Source: Phoronis australis (lineage: Eukaryota; Animalia; Phoronida). From it: 64,000 bases of DNA. The stretch lies in NCBI GenBank assembly GCA_002633005.1, contig NMRA01000210.1, positions 434,001 through 498,000 of the forward strand, in the 5' to 3' direction. Under the pieces are notes generated by a model. It was not told where the DNA came from. It saw nothing but the letters and a program-made list of their open reading frames with translations, and ran no database searches. The first letter of the stretch is position 1, and the number at the start of each line of letters is the position of its first letter. Below, one piece after another: positions 50,783-63,945 of this stretch. Position numbers and translations under genes: made by a program.

Positions 50783-51261
50783 GTAAGACCTTCGAAAAAC
50801 ATGCAGATATGGCAAACTGTGCTTAGGAATATCATAACTCAGAAATATGTGACTAGATTCAAATGAAACTTTCATATGCTATGCTTTTCGTACTTTTAGG
50901 AAATGTTTTCAAAACAATGTTTTGCTTAAGCAACTGTCAAAAATTAGAACTTTTGATTTTTATGAAAATTCAAACAGAAGTGAAATGATAATTTAGAAAA
51001 CTGTAACTGTGTTTTTGAGATATGGTCTCGAACTTTTATGTCATTTTTGACAATGTTTTGCTATGAGTGTACCTTTTTTTGCTTATTTTTACTACAAAAG
51101 ACATGCTCATGTGACCCAGTCAAGCATGAGTTGGTTTAAAGACAAAAGTCAATTTCTACAGGCTTTAATTTACAGAGATGTATTTTATAATTTTCTAGAT
51201 GTATATGAATATGCGACTCTAGATATTTGCCTTAATGCACAAACCTGTCGATAAGGTCTTT
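50783..51261. mobile_element. non-autonomous DNA element, copy 2 (related to 11420-11914)
   Basis: aagacctt ... aaggtctt terminal inverted repeat; internal similarity to 11420-11914. Confidence 0.6.
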
Positions 51262-52746
51262 AAGTACTGCTAGTTACTTTGCCTGCTGCAGAAGTGTATC
51301 TTTGTTTCGTTTAGTAGCAGTTTGTTGAGTGCTTTACCAGTTTTTCTTGACCTTTTCTAAGAATCTATTTTCGTAACCGCTGTCTCGCATCTTCACTGAA
51401 ATACATGTGTACTCTGGAGTTCAAATTGATTGTCTCTCTCGACTGCTATCTGATAATCTCTGTGGTCAAGGATCTAAAGTGGCGAAATAATTTAGGGTCT
51501 GTGTGACGTGGTGTCACCACCTGAACTATCTATTTATTAATTCCGTAATAATCGCAAAGGCTCTGAGACAGGCCAGGGGAGCATGCTGAAACTCCGGTTG
51601 CTCTAATTCCCACTTTGTGGAATCATCTCTCTTTATTTTCGGAGGTAGAAAAATACATTGTGTGATTGACTAAGTTTTTGAAATTTAGGGTTCTACTACA
51701 CTTCTGAGTCGAGTCAAACAGGTGAGGAATGTTTTACTGTGCCTCACTTATGACCAGTCTGCATTGCAACTCACTGTGCTGCAGTAAAGGTTTACTTGCA
51801 TCAGCATATCAAATGGAATACTAATTTTACAGCAAAATAGTGATTAGCACAGCAGAAGTGTACAACTGTGGGCCCAGGGTCTTACAGGTGCACAGCGTTG
51901 TGGGTGCATACCACAGAATCAGAGAGGATGCTGTGGTATTCTGGAAGTGTCTATTGAGTCCCGAGATGTGACTGATGCGACTTTGTGCATGAAGGCACTA
52001 CTGGATTCTTTTTTATGCCGTCTTCTGATACCCACCCTTGACTTATGAGAAGTTTCGGCTAAGTGCCCACTGCTTGGACTGGCACTCGCAAGTAATTTAC
52101 CTCACTTCATTGATTTTCAAAACAGTAAGGCGAGCTTTCAAATGCAGAAACAGGATCAATTTCCAGTTGTAGTGCCGTTTGGAACCGTCACTGTGGAGAT
52201 TGTAGTCTGTCAACGTCTTCTGTAATGTATTAAAAACGGCTGCCTTGTTGAAATAGATATTTGCAGAGGCTATAGTCTAGGTACATCTTTCATGCTATGC
52301 CAGTAAATCTGTTTTCTCAAAAGGATAATCTCTCAGATTTTGAGAGCCATATCCAGAGTGGCTGGCTTGGCACTTCAAACTTCTGAAAAACCAGAGCCTG
52401 ATTTTACCAACATGAAGCCAACTTCAATATGTTGGAGGTAGTTATGTATAACTTTTCACGACACCACAAGAGTTAAAACTATAACTAATTAAATCTGACG
52501 AAATTCTTTACATAACAAAAGTTCATGGAGTTAACTAGCTTGCTTAAACAAATGGCTAATCTACTTTGTCATTCTAACCTTAAAATTTTGCATTTAAACC
52601 TGTAAAGAAACAATTTAATTTGCTTAATTAAGACAGTTTTGATTTTGCCTGACATCTGGTGGCAAGTTAGAACTTAGCTTGTTCAACTTAACAACAGATG
52701 TCACTGAAAATTAGGTCACACCAGAACACATGTTAGTAGTACTTAA

Positions 52747-53811
52747 AGGAGAATGCCACCCAAAAAACAACCTACTTTGTATCAATTTAGATGGAGTAGT
52801 TCTACTCTATAACGGCAGGTTCGGTTGCGTTACCTGACGGCAGACGGAGGTGTTGAAATTATCCAATGACGTAATTGGTTTCACACGCCGTCTGTTCAGC
52901 AGTTCACAACACGGCTTAGTGGTGTCAGCTTATCGCTTGAATTCATCGTTTAACACCAATAAATCATCAAACTTCGATGCAAAACCTTAAAAATACACAG
53001 AGTTCTTATTAAACCGTGTTGTTTTATTTCGCTGTTACGGATTTACTGGTATTTGGGCACACCGCAGCCTACAAAGTTCGACAGGCCAATTTACCAAGGT
53101 CCGTAGCAGGAGTTTGGGGTCTTTTCGGAGATGAATTCAAAGTATTCTTCCGTGAAATACAGACAGGAGAACCTAGAACTGTGTTGTTTATACTTGTGAT
53201 TTTTTTAGTTCAGAACCTGATCAGGCCCGTTGCGGCCGGAGTGACTGGTACGAACATAAACCATCTAGAGTTGGAAACTAACCTCCAGTCACGAAAAGAC
53301 TATAATGGTGAGCCATACAAATAATGCGCACGTAATTATTGATGTGAATTAGCCACGAAACTGAAAATCTACCTACTTGTGGGGGGGGGGTGCGAAGTCC
53401 GGTTCCCCTTCCATAGACCGTCAGGGCAAAGGTTGTACAGTAACAATGATTTGAATAATGTATTTGTATTTCTAAATAAAGATAACATGTGACCCTATCA
53501 TATAAAATCGAGTAATTGTTTCATAACAGCTTTCTGTCAGCAAACACTGAATTAGCTGTCGAGGAAGTCGAAAAAAAGGATATACCCGCTTTCTTAGCAG
53601 CTTCATAGTTCGGACATGCGGGAAAGATGCACCGCAGTATAGCGGCATTCACTCTGCAGACGAACCACTGACGTCGCTGCGTCGTTTCTCACTTTATTCA
53701 CAGGTTAACGCGACACCTCTCGGCAAGGTGAGGTTGACCATATAAGAGGCAATGTGGATATAGACGGATTAAGACGGTGAAAAAGTCAATTAAATCGGGT
53801 GGCATTCTCCT
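52747..53811 (-). mobile_element. complete non-autonomous Kolobok element
   Basis: TTAA|AGGAGAATGCCACCC ... GGGTGGCATTCTCCT|TTAA, a perfect 15-bp TIR with TTAA TSD; retains the THAP N-terminus (FFRLP) on the minus strand. Confidence 0.9.
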
Positions 53812-54800
53812 TTAATATGTCTAATTGATATTAAAATCGGTATTGATATTATTAACGGAATTTTTTATCTTTTGTTTGCTGCCCTGGGTCTGTCAAAAAT
53901 AGTTTGGAGTACTGATGTGATACACTGGTAGGAAAAAGTAGGTCACACCAGTACAGTGTGCAGTTTTGAAACATACCTATATAAATACCTCCAGCACACA
54001 TGGTAATGGCTAGAGAAGAATCAATGTTGATTACTGATATTGCACTCATCTAGACATTTGCTTTGAGTTTGGATTTAGTGTTGTGGAGAACACTGAGTTC
54101 TCACCTTTGTTTACCTCAGAAGGCGGGGTGACCTATTGACAGTCTCAACATGTTCAGGTCATTTTGTGGCTGACCCACTTGTTTTGCAGTATGTGGTGAA
54201 GTGACACCAGTGACAAGGATGACAGGGTTTGCTGGTCATTTTGTGGCTGACTTATTTTTTCCATGTATTGCATGTATTCAATGCTAAGGGAACAAACTCG
54301 ATTAACTTGATGATAAAATCCCCACTAAGTCGGAAGTATTTTGAGGTTTTGTGCTGCCTACAAAATGAATTGAGCACGTGGAAAACACAAGTCATAAGAT
54401 TGTTTTCTTGTGAAATTTGCACCGCAATCAGCTGCGCATCAATACATCATTTAGCTGGGGCATACAACATCTAGTTGGATTTTTTAACAGGATTTTGTTC
54501 ATTCGTTTAAGTTGCAAAATATGCGTTGAGCACTTCACAAATAATTCAAGTCAAAATTGACTGGATATTCTGATTTCCGACGCCCGGCGTGCATCTCGGT
54601 TTTTTAATGTTTTGATTCTCGCTACAAGTAGCTGCTTCTCAGTTGTGTAGGTTTTGTGGTTAATGAGTTTTTAACTTTGCCACTATCCATTCCTGATTTG
54701 GGCAGGCTACCTAATTAGTTGGATTGTTTCATTAGTGAATACGCCTCCAGTATTCTTAATAATTATTTCCATTCTGATATTATGGTTTAACACTGGAGTA

Positions 54801-54848
54801 CCGTATTCGCCCTTATAAGCACTATTGGCGTTATTAGGGTGAATACGG
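54801..54848. mobile_element. 48-bp minimal MITE of the CCGTATTCGCC family
   Basis: TA|ccgtattcgccctta ... ttagggtgaatacgg|TA. Confidence 0.8.
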
Positions 54849-56906
54849 TAATCTTTTGTTTACCTAGTCTAGCACATAGCTTATTTTTTCTTCTGGGTGT
54901 ATTTATTTTATATTTTGTATCCTGTCTGTTATTGTTTTTACTGGGCTTTATGGAGCTCTCTTGGAAAAATGTTGGAATAATGATACCCTAGCTAAGGCAT
55001 AGGCAAACTGATAAAAAATTAAATGAGTAAATGTGTTCCTTTACTTACCTTTTATTTGATAGAATGTTGTCTGACAAGTATTTGGTCTTTGTTGTTCTCC
55101 ACAAAGTTATACTTTGGACTTCTAGGTCATGTGTGAAATTCATAATTACCATAAATTTGGGCAAAAATTGTTAAATATTGGACACTGGAGTATTTTGTTG
55201 GTTTCCCTGTTTCTTAGGGTCTTGTAAATTATTTGAAAGCAAATGTGAACGTTTGATCATCAAAGAATAGAAATTAAGAAATCCTGCATCTTGGCACTGC
55301 ATAACTTCAGCTGAGCTAACACAAATGTCCAACACAGGCTGCAGTTCATTAGGGAGTACAGCATTGTGTTTTGCTCCATAGAAGTGAGCCTTTTGCTGGC
55401 CTGTTTAAATACTTTCTATTTTCCTGTGGATAGTAACAGATATCAAAATGGAAAAATATCAGCATGATTACCAGGGTTTTGTATTTTTATCTTTAGAAAG
55501 GCAATGTCAAAAACGTTGGCATTCGCCTTTAAGTTAACCACCCCAGTATTCAAATAGCACCTGTCCGTCCTCTCATTTACCGTAAAGACTAATGGTCCCA
55601 GAACAAAGGTAACAATAGGAAGTCACTTGTTTGCATTTATTACCAGTCCTTTTGATTGTTTGTGCGGTTCGTATTTCACTTTGATGAAGAATCCCACTGA
55701 TTGGCTGGCTTTTGCTGCACGATTGACTACAGATTCATAAGCCACTTATTTACAATTTAAGCCATTAAAATATCTGCGTGAAGCAGGTTCATTGTCTGAG
55801 TTTGTGCTATCAGTTGCTGTAAATCAATACCATCTAATTCACAGTACGGTATATATAGAAATTGTTAATTACTGTTCACCCGCTAATGCAACTCGACCTA
55901 TTCATTAATGTCGGCGTGATCCTATCAGATATTCAAACACGGTTCTGCACCGTGTTTGAAGAACTCTAAGCATGCTTGGTACGGTAACTCTCTACTTATT
56001 TCATGCATTCGCCTCATTGGATTGAGCAGATAGTGTTTGGCTAAGCGCCCACCCTCTTCCTTTAAGAATTTTTAATTGAGGTTATTGAGGATCTTATCAG
56101 ATGTGTCTATGTATTCAGACAAGTATCTACCAAAGTGTAGATTTAGGTCTGTAATAGTAGATATTTATAATTCCAACCTGCCATAACTTGGGTCACGTGA
56201 CAATGTCTTTAGTAAAATTTAGCAAAAATGAAAGGTACATTCATAACAAAACCACTGTGTCAACAAGGTGATTGTTTGACCTTAATGTTCAAAAATGCTG
56301 TTACAGTTATCTAATTTATCCTTTCTTATTTGTATTAGGCAACTTATAAGTTATTTTAAAAAATTGTGAGTCTTATTTTTTCAATAGTCTGTCTTGCAAA
56401 AGCTGAACATTTTAAAAAACAGCTTCTCTCAGCGTTTTAAATGACAGCGCATTTATGTAAAAGTTTCTCATAGTCCAACCAGCCATTCCTGAGATATGAT
56501 GTTCCGAAGTTAACCTAATTTGAACGTTTTCGTCATCATTTTCTGGTGGCTGTTGAAAAGTAGTACAGCTGTTTTGATATGGATGGAGGACTGCTCCAGC
56601 TCCCTGTAGCAATTTCTCCATCATTTGTTTTGTAATCCACATGGTCGATGCTTTTGAAAAGTGTTCCCCGCATTGAAATTTGGTAATTCGCTGCGAGGTC
56701 AAACAATAGACTCATGTCAACTGAGTAAGATTCTAGAGAAAATGTACTGTAAATATTGACTTAAAACTGATATTGCATGAAGCTGGCTGCGTCCTGATGG
56801 TGCTGTGTAACCAGACTACTGCCATTATTTCTACCGGAAACACCTTTTACATTCTTCAAAGCCTGACTTTGCCAGATTTTGATATTTAGTTATTTCTGTT
56901 TTGCAG

Positions 56907-56980
56907 GTTTTCTTCTATTTAAAGAATTTTGCAATAGTGTTTGCGACGAATCAGTTCCACAGCTGAAGTTTTATGAAGAG
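56907..56980 (+). CDS. GRK2: GRK2/3 coding exon 3 (RGS-homology domain); later exons not seen in the window
   Basis: Acceptor tttctgttttgcag; (G)FLLFKEFCNSVCDESVPQLKFYEE; 74 nt; donor GAG|gtatgt. Exons 1-3 sum to 264 nt = 88 codons in frame. Confidence 0.95.
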
Positions 56981-57139
56981 GTATGTACATAATGTATTGA
57001 TGTATGTGTTTCTACCTTAAACATTTGCATTGACAGTGACATCCTGGGTGTTTAAATTGACTAGCTTGGAAATTGAGATGGGTTGAGCACTTAGCTAGAG
57101 ATGAATGCTTAAAGTGGAAATTTCCAACAAGTTTGGAAT

Positions 57140-58010
57140 GGATGCTTACGTGGGTGCCTAACGTGATCCTAACTGTCTCCCTGGTCACCTATGACCTTCG
57201 AAATTGATGTCCGCAGACCCGAAGTTCAAAGAATGGGATTGGTTGCTAAACTCATTGCAGCGCCCTCTAACCGACACATGTATTTGAGTAACTTTGTATG
57301 TAACTTGAGAAAGGAGAAAATACAAGTTGAATAGGTACCCACCAAAATTTTAAGACTGACGTCATGTAAACGTCATCAATGTTGTTGAGGATCCAGTCAG
57401 GTAAGTCTAAGTGAGAACTCTTTTCTTTTATTCACAAGTTAGCAAAACTAACTATCCTGTCAAAAAATGATGGGGCCCGACGCTTGAGAATATGAGTAGA
57501 AAAAGTAAATTACGAGCAAAAAAATTGACCTCGCTCGTATCATTTGAATGCTGCGGAGCAGATGTTCGGTGTTTTTTGGTCATCGGAATTCTTGACCACC
57601 ACATGTCTGGCTGTACACCTGACGATCGTGTCCAGTATACTCTACTCCCTGTTTTGAGAAGTCACGCACGTCCTTTTAATAGTGCCATTTAAACATTCAA
57701 ATTAATGGTGATAAAGCTCTTGTGAGCCTGAAAATTGAGGTTTGGACGCTTACGCTGAGCGAGAGTCGCCCTGATCACCCATGACCTCTGAAATTGAAGT
57801 ATCCAGACTTGGAATTTCAAAGAATTTCCCATTACCGCAAGGCCGTTGCGAAGTTAAATCAGCGCTCTCTAAGCAACATGTGTATTGAGTACCTATGTAT
57901 GCAATTTGAAATAGGAAATATCAGTTTAAAAAAATACCTGCAAAAATTCTAGGACTGACCTGCCATAGGAATGTTATCAATGTCGAATGTTATCAATGTC
58001 ATTCAAGATG
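57140..58010. repeat. diverged direct duplication, period ~590 bp
   Basis: ctg(g/a)tcacc.atgacct..gaaattga ... cagcgc(c/t)ctctaa ... aaaatt.ta.gactgac at ~57181 and ~57771. Confidence 0.7.
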
Positions 58011-60601
58011 TAAACAACATTAAAGCCTATCTTCAGTGGTAACACTTGTAAATTTGGTTCCTACAGTATGTTAAGAGCATCCCTCTGAGCCCACTAGTGC
58101 CATAAATTGCCAAATGTAATGAACTGTTAGGTGTATTGGCTTGCTTTTGTCTATGTCACCATGAGAACCACCTTTATTCAAACAGCTGCGAATAACACCC
58201 CCACCCAGTGGTGTTCTATTCAGACCCCTATTCAATGCAACCTTTTGTTGTTTGTGCTGGGGTCTGGCGTGTCCCTGTTCTGCCATTCTGTGATTCCCCC
58301 GTGACTGCCGTGACAGTACACGGAACATCACCACCCTGAGCAATGCAATAAGAAAAAACACGAGCACACCAACGTTATTTTGGACGCATTGTTTTGAATA
58401 CAAGCAGACACCAGTCATTGTGACAAACCAACTTGTCTCGCTGTTCCCTGCATTGGTTAAACGCATGTTTATATGGCTCACTCCTGTCACCAAAATGGAA
58501 GCATCCAACCAAAAGCAACAGTGCAAGAAATCAACTTTTTACTAAGCGCAAGTCGAACATTCTATCCATTTTCACGTGGTCAAAAATTTTTTTGAACAAA
58601 ACTCTTGATGTCTTTACGTGATGTGTTTTTGCTTCATTATTTTTGCAGCTGACCTGGCACCCCTATTGCCCAATGGTAGTATTATCCGATTGTTGAGCAG
58701 TGCTTTGAATAAGAATGGTGTGGGCTCTTCAACTCAGAAAGAAATATACAATGTATATAAAGTGTTTCATTTTCAAACTCCTCTTATCATTTTAATGTTC
58801 TTAAAAGAACTGAGGCCTGTCAATCATTAGCAGTGTTTTGGTTGTTGAAGTGTCTGGAGCCAGCAAATCTACAAAATCAGGTGCTTCCCTTATAAATTTG
58901 CGGGGCTCTAGCAGTCTTGCTTGATTTGCCTTTCCTATGAAGAAATTTGCCCTACTGAATGTATGACTAGCTGTAGAAATACAGGAGAGATGACGAGTAG
59001 CGACGGAAGCACGTAAAAATCCAATCACGGCTCCCTGTATCGTATGCTCTGTTCTACTTCAGGGAGTGGAAGTCCGTTACTTCAATCCGCCAATGTATAT
59101 TTGAACTGCTATGCTTGAAGTCCAACGTCAGTGTAGCTCCGTGAGGGTAAAGTCGGTCCTCTGTGCAGTTGCACCCACTCCTGACTTAAAAATTTCTATT
59201 TTAACTGCCCATGCTCAGCTTACCGCCTACCCCCTGTTTTTTAGATTCCCAATTTAAGCGCCCTGGGCGGTAACCCGGACGAGTACGGTACATATACATA
59301 CACGCACACGCGCACACACACACACACACATATATATATGTATGCATATTTTTGCATGCATGAGCATTCATTTCAAGCTATACTCAGACCTAGAAGCTGT
59401 TCTTTTCTCACTAGCAGCTGTTTTTGTAGAAAAAGTCATAGTTGCCTTTCGAAACTGAGCTCGGACCCACTGACTCCACTACCCTACTCTCGTCAATCAA
59501 TGTCAGGTTCTCTTCCCTGTCTCTCTCAGTGTGCCTGTGACTGGATTTGTTGAAATTCCATTTTTCCGCCTACTCTAGCTGAATGGTAGATACTACAGCT
59601 AATTGACATGGATGCACTGCGAGTATTGATTAGCGACTCCGACCTGGAGTAGGCTTCTCTATTTGAACGACGTCGTCGTGGTTGTGATCTAGTAAATCAA
59701 CTTTCTATGCTTTCAACTGCACCTTCTTTATGACCAACTCAGGCAAATTTCCTGTACGAGCTTGAGGCATCTGTAGTGGAGAGAGAAACCTCGATTACAA
59801 TAACAATGTCGCAGTTGTCATTTCACAATCCAACTTTCCTGGTTTTAGCTATATAGGCATATTCTATATATCAAAACTCAGAGAAATGTCTGTCAAGTTG
59901 AGGTTTTTGTGAACTAGAAGTGGCCTTGATCAGTGTAGTCAGATTTTAATGTAGTCCTATAGTCTGTTGATTTCACCTTCGGTTTCAAGTTTGTATTTAG
60001 CAAAATGTGCTTTTGCATTCTGTGAAATAATGGTAAATCTTACCAATTAAGTACGCTGTATGGGAAACAAGTTTGTTCATGTTTCACAAAAGCTATGTAG
60101 CACCAAATTAATGCTTTTCCATGTTCAAGCTCTGCACCACAGCTGCCACCAGATAATGTTTTGAAAAACTGCGCATTTGCAACAATGCAAAAAGTCTTAA
60201 ATTTGACAAAGGGCAATATTCGCACTTATTTTGGTCCGAAATTTTTGAGATTTTACTGTAACAGAAGTCCATTATTAAAGAGCACAGAACAGAAATCCGT
60301 AACTAAAGAGCCTGGCACAGTTGGCTAATACCCACTTGTCTCGTTTATCATCTTGTCATGTACTCACAGATATTTCATCCTTCATTCCATAGAGTTCCTT
60401 GTTTCAGGTGATTGGTTATAAAACTCTGTTGTCCTCTTAACATTTTGATCACGACTAATTGCTGTGTGATAAATGTCTCTGCTGCAACTGGTAAGAGATA
60501 CCTGTTGACCTGATCGAGCAGCCAGACTTTCTCACAAAACGTTGATGTAGGGGTAATTCGGGGAAACTCAGACGGCGGTAAATTTCGGACAAGTCTAAAT
60601 A

Positions 60602-61630
60602 CCGTATTCGCCGTAATAACCGCCCATGCCCCTGTAAGTGCCCCCCCACACGTTTTCAGACTTTGCTAAAATGCGCGCTCAGTCCATGAACGTGTACGTG
60701 CGAAAAAACGCCTTACCTACAGTCCTAAAATTCTACAGTAACGTCTTCAATTTATCAATAATATCTGACAGTCCTGAAAAAAAAATCATTGTGCGCAGAA
60801 TTTGTAGACCACGAGCCTCGCCGTTATGTCGGTATTTAGCTGTGACTATACACTTCAAACTTCCTCCATGCCTCAAAACGAACACAAAAGTTCTGCTGAT
60901 ATTGCGCGGACCAATGGTCTGGTCTTTCAGAACAGAAGTAGTGTACTTGTCTACGCCTGTGCTTTTTTAGATATTTCCCGCTTTCAACAGGAATCCAAAT
61001 TTCTTTGTAGACCTACAGGTGAAAACCGTGAATCGAAGACTAATAAACAGCTTGGCCAGTGTTAAAAGTACGTGGCCAGGAAGCGCGCGCTACATACATG
61101 AACCTGTCATCAAAGGCATTAGTCAGGAACTATCCATTCATGAAACGGGTAGCATAGCATCGGCAAGAAATGAATATTGGCACTAATTTCCCAAAGTTTC
61201 TCATACTGTAAAAAATGTTGCGTTATTTTGAAAATGAATTGTTTGATTAACCATAATTGGTGTTTTTAAGCCAAATATCCGATAAAATAACCACTGACAG
61301 TAAATGTTTACACACCCTTACACTGCAAAATAACTGTCAGATTGTCACGTACGCATCCGGCCTTACTGAGACAAATGTCGAACGTTTTTAGCACATGAGA
61401 CCGGCAAGTGCTGAATGAAACACGCTCTGGTTTAGGCCTGCTGCTTGTGCAAATTTCTTTAGATACAATGCGCATCTAGCTCGTTAGATTGCGTGGCTCT
61501 GGCCAAACGACGGTCTCTGCTCTGGCAAATGAACTCTGGTGACCTTACTCGCAAACGCAGACAACTTCAAAACAAACGTCGCGTGACAACAACATGTGTG
61601 TTCGTCCAGACATTTTTCTCATGTTGCCAA
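60602..61630 (+). mobile_element. CCGTATTCGCC-family TA-flanked element, 5' and middle part
   Basis: TA|ccgtattcgccgtaataaccgccc left TIR; homologous to 49020-49603 and 35985-36690. Confidence 0.85.
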
Positions 61631-62039
61631 TCATACATGTAGATGGCACGACATAGCACAGATTTGTACTTAAACGTGCCGTGATCCCGACTCCATGGTG
61701 ACAACCAAGGAATCAATAAAGAATTCAAGTCAGGAATGTGGATCTTGACTTTCCAACCTTAGCGCTATCTGCTAGAGCCAAGTGATCAGACAGGTCTTGG
61801 TCACAGGTGGTGTGTGTGGGAAAGCAAAATCATTGCCCTTGGTATTTTTGCGTACACCTCTCTGTTGTAAAATTGTTTCACCTCTCCACATGACACTGGC
61901 TACATATTTGCTATACCATCAACTCATGTTGGAGTTGTTATAGACTGGAGTTTCTCTAATGGGAAAGCGACATCAATATTGTTGAAAGTATTTCTGTTTT
62001 CTTAGGTCATGTAGGACCCTAGAAAATGCCCAAATCTCA

Positions 62040-63110
62040 CTAACTTTCAATATGGCCGACTAACTTTCAATATGGCCGACTAACTTTCAATATGGCGGAT
62101 GGGATTCATATGAAACTTTTACTTAAATTTGTTGCCTTCTTGAACCCAGCTGTATCCCCTATAAACCTTTTGCAGGATCTTCCTTAAATTTCACTGTTGA
62201 ATTTCTAGGAATATGGCAGCTGGGAGGTTGACTGAGAATTGTTTAATTGTTGACGCAGATTTTCTTGAAACATTGTCGTTAAATTTGACTGGTGAATTTC
62301 CAGGAATATGGCAGCTGAGGAGGATGACTGAGTAGTGTTTAGTTGTTAACGTTTTCTCGACAGATTTTCTTGAAACATTGCTAATGGGTTACGGGTTCCC
62401 ATTTTGTGGTGAATGTGACACATTGTATGCTACATTGTATGCCACCCAGGAGCCATTTTTATGTTGGCGTCTGCTGCTGTATTTTCAAACCCGTCGGAAT
62501 GGATATTCATTAAACTGTACACATACATGTTCTGGTCATTGATGGGATGGCACTGTCATGAGCGACTTTTTGGATGGATCCAACTATGGGTGTGCCCCCT
62601 ACTAACAATTTTAGTTTTTCTTACGTTTGCCTCTGTATCTTTGGAGTTCCTTTATATATTTTCATGAAGTTTGTCCTGTAGGTATCTATCAGGAGACAAT
62701 GCACCTTGCCATACTCGAATGGATTTGATGTGTTTTCAAGCTCGTTTATTGGCGTCAGCATCTCTATCGGCCACACTATTCTAAAGATTGTTTTGAACAT
62801 GTGCTTCTACTAGGAAGAGCATAGCTTACAATGATTTTTGAATGGCTTCAACTTCTGTGGCACCCCCTCGTGGCAGTTTCACTTCTTTCGCATCTGTAGC
62901 TGTTTTTCCTAAACCCCTACAGGAATTTTGTAGAATTTGGCATGTGAATTTCTCTGGACGTGGCGATGGATGACAACGACTTTCGGACCTTCCTGACTAC
63001 CATTGTTCTCCCTAGTGGCAAGTTTAGTTTTTGAACGTTTTCTTCTTTATCTTCGGAGTTGTCTGAGGAATTTTCATGAAATTTGGCAAATAGTTTTCTG
63101 TTAGAGATAA
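62040..63110 (+). mobile_element. second Helentron/HINE-type remnant
   Basis: Units with tacgtttgcctctgtatctt, ttttcatgaa, gcaccccctcgtggcag and ccctagtggcaa are homologous to 44452-45755; a 20-bp x3 repeat lies at 62040-62098. Confidence 0.7.
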
Positions 63111-63539
63111 TGACACATTCTCATTTTCGGATATATTTGACTTATTGCCTTGGAATTGCACCTGTTTTAATTGCTTTATCAGTGCTAAGACAGCATCAGC
63201 AGCTTTCTGCGAATTTCTGGCGTTGGATACCTCTTCTATGGAGCTGTTGCTTATATGAAGTCTGCGAGGTTGTACACATTGACACTGACTTACTGTCAAC
63301 ATGGAAGGCTTTCTTCATTGGCTAAAGATTTGTTTATCAACTTGGACCTGCTGGCTTCAGCATACTGTGAACAGGCAGCTGTGTCTACGTTGTCGCGGAG
63401 GTTTTTGTAAGAAAATACAACTAATAATACAACCAGATAGGCTAGGGGTGGACCTGGGGTGGATTTAACCCTCCCAAACCCCCCTGGCTATGGACTGGAT
63501 GAGGTGCTGGGCTCAGCATGCTTTTGACATTACTAGAGA

Positions 63540-63945
63540 ATGACCTATCGAAACTGTCTGATATTCAGTTACAAGAAAACTGAAACTGTTCTGTTTAGCC
63601 ATAAAATGAAATTCAATGTTGGTCCTCTATGGTTGATTGGGAAAAAAACAAACTGTTTCCAAGAACACTAACCTTATAGTTGTTGTCCCAGACAGCAAGC
63701 TCACTTAGACAACTATGCAACACAAGCAACTTGTGGACAAAACATGGTTTGTAAAACATGACACCATGAAATGGATATACACTGCTATGATAAGACCAGT
63801 GTTGTTATATTTATGTATGTCCTGGGTCAAGAGAATTGAAACACTAACTTCAGAAGGTAAAACCTTTAGCTTGTCTCATGATAACTTTACACTTCGTAGC
63901 GCACCATTGGAAGCAACATGGGAGGTGTTAATGAATGCGTAATGT
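63540..63945 (+). mobile_element. R1/LOA-clade LINE ORF2 remnant (post-RT region)
   Basis: KKTETVLFS...DSKLT*...TWFVKHDTMKWIYTAMIRPVLLY...W...LRSAPLEA matches the KT..VLF / DSKL.W / TWG...W.Y....RP...Y / R.TP..A pattern; contains stops and frameshifts. Confidence 0.75.

Noticed and set aside
58071-58526. Longest ORF in the track (151 aa, minus strand)
   Set aside because: Non-ATG start, no recognisable domain or splice structure; likely chance.
60638-60970. 110-aa ORF with an apparent paralogue at 49212-49415
   Set aside because: The similarity is DNA-level identity between copies of a non-coding TA-flanked element; no transposase motifs.
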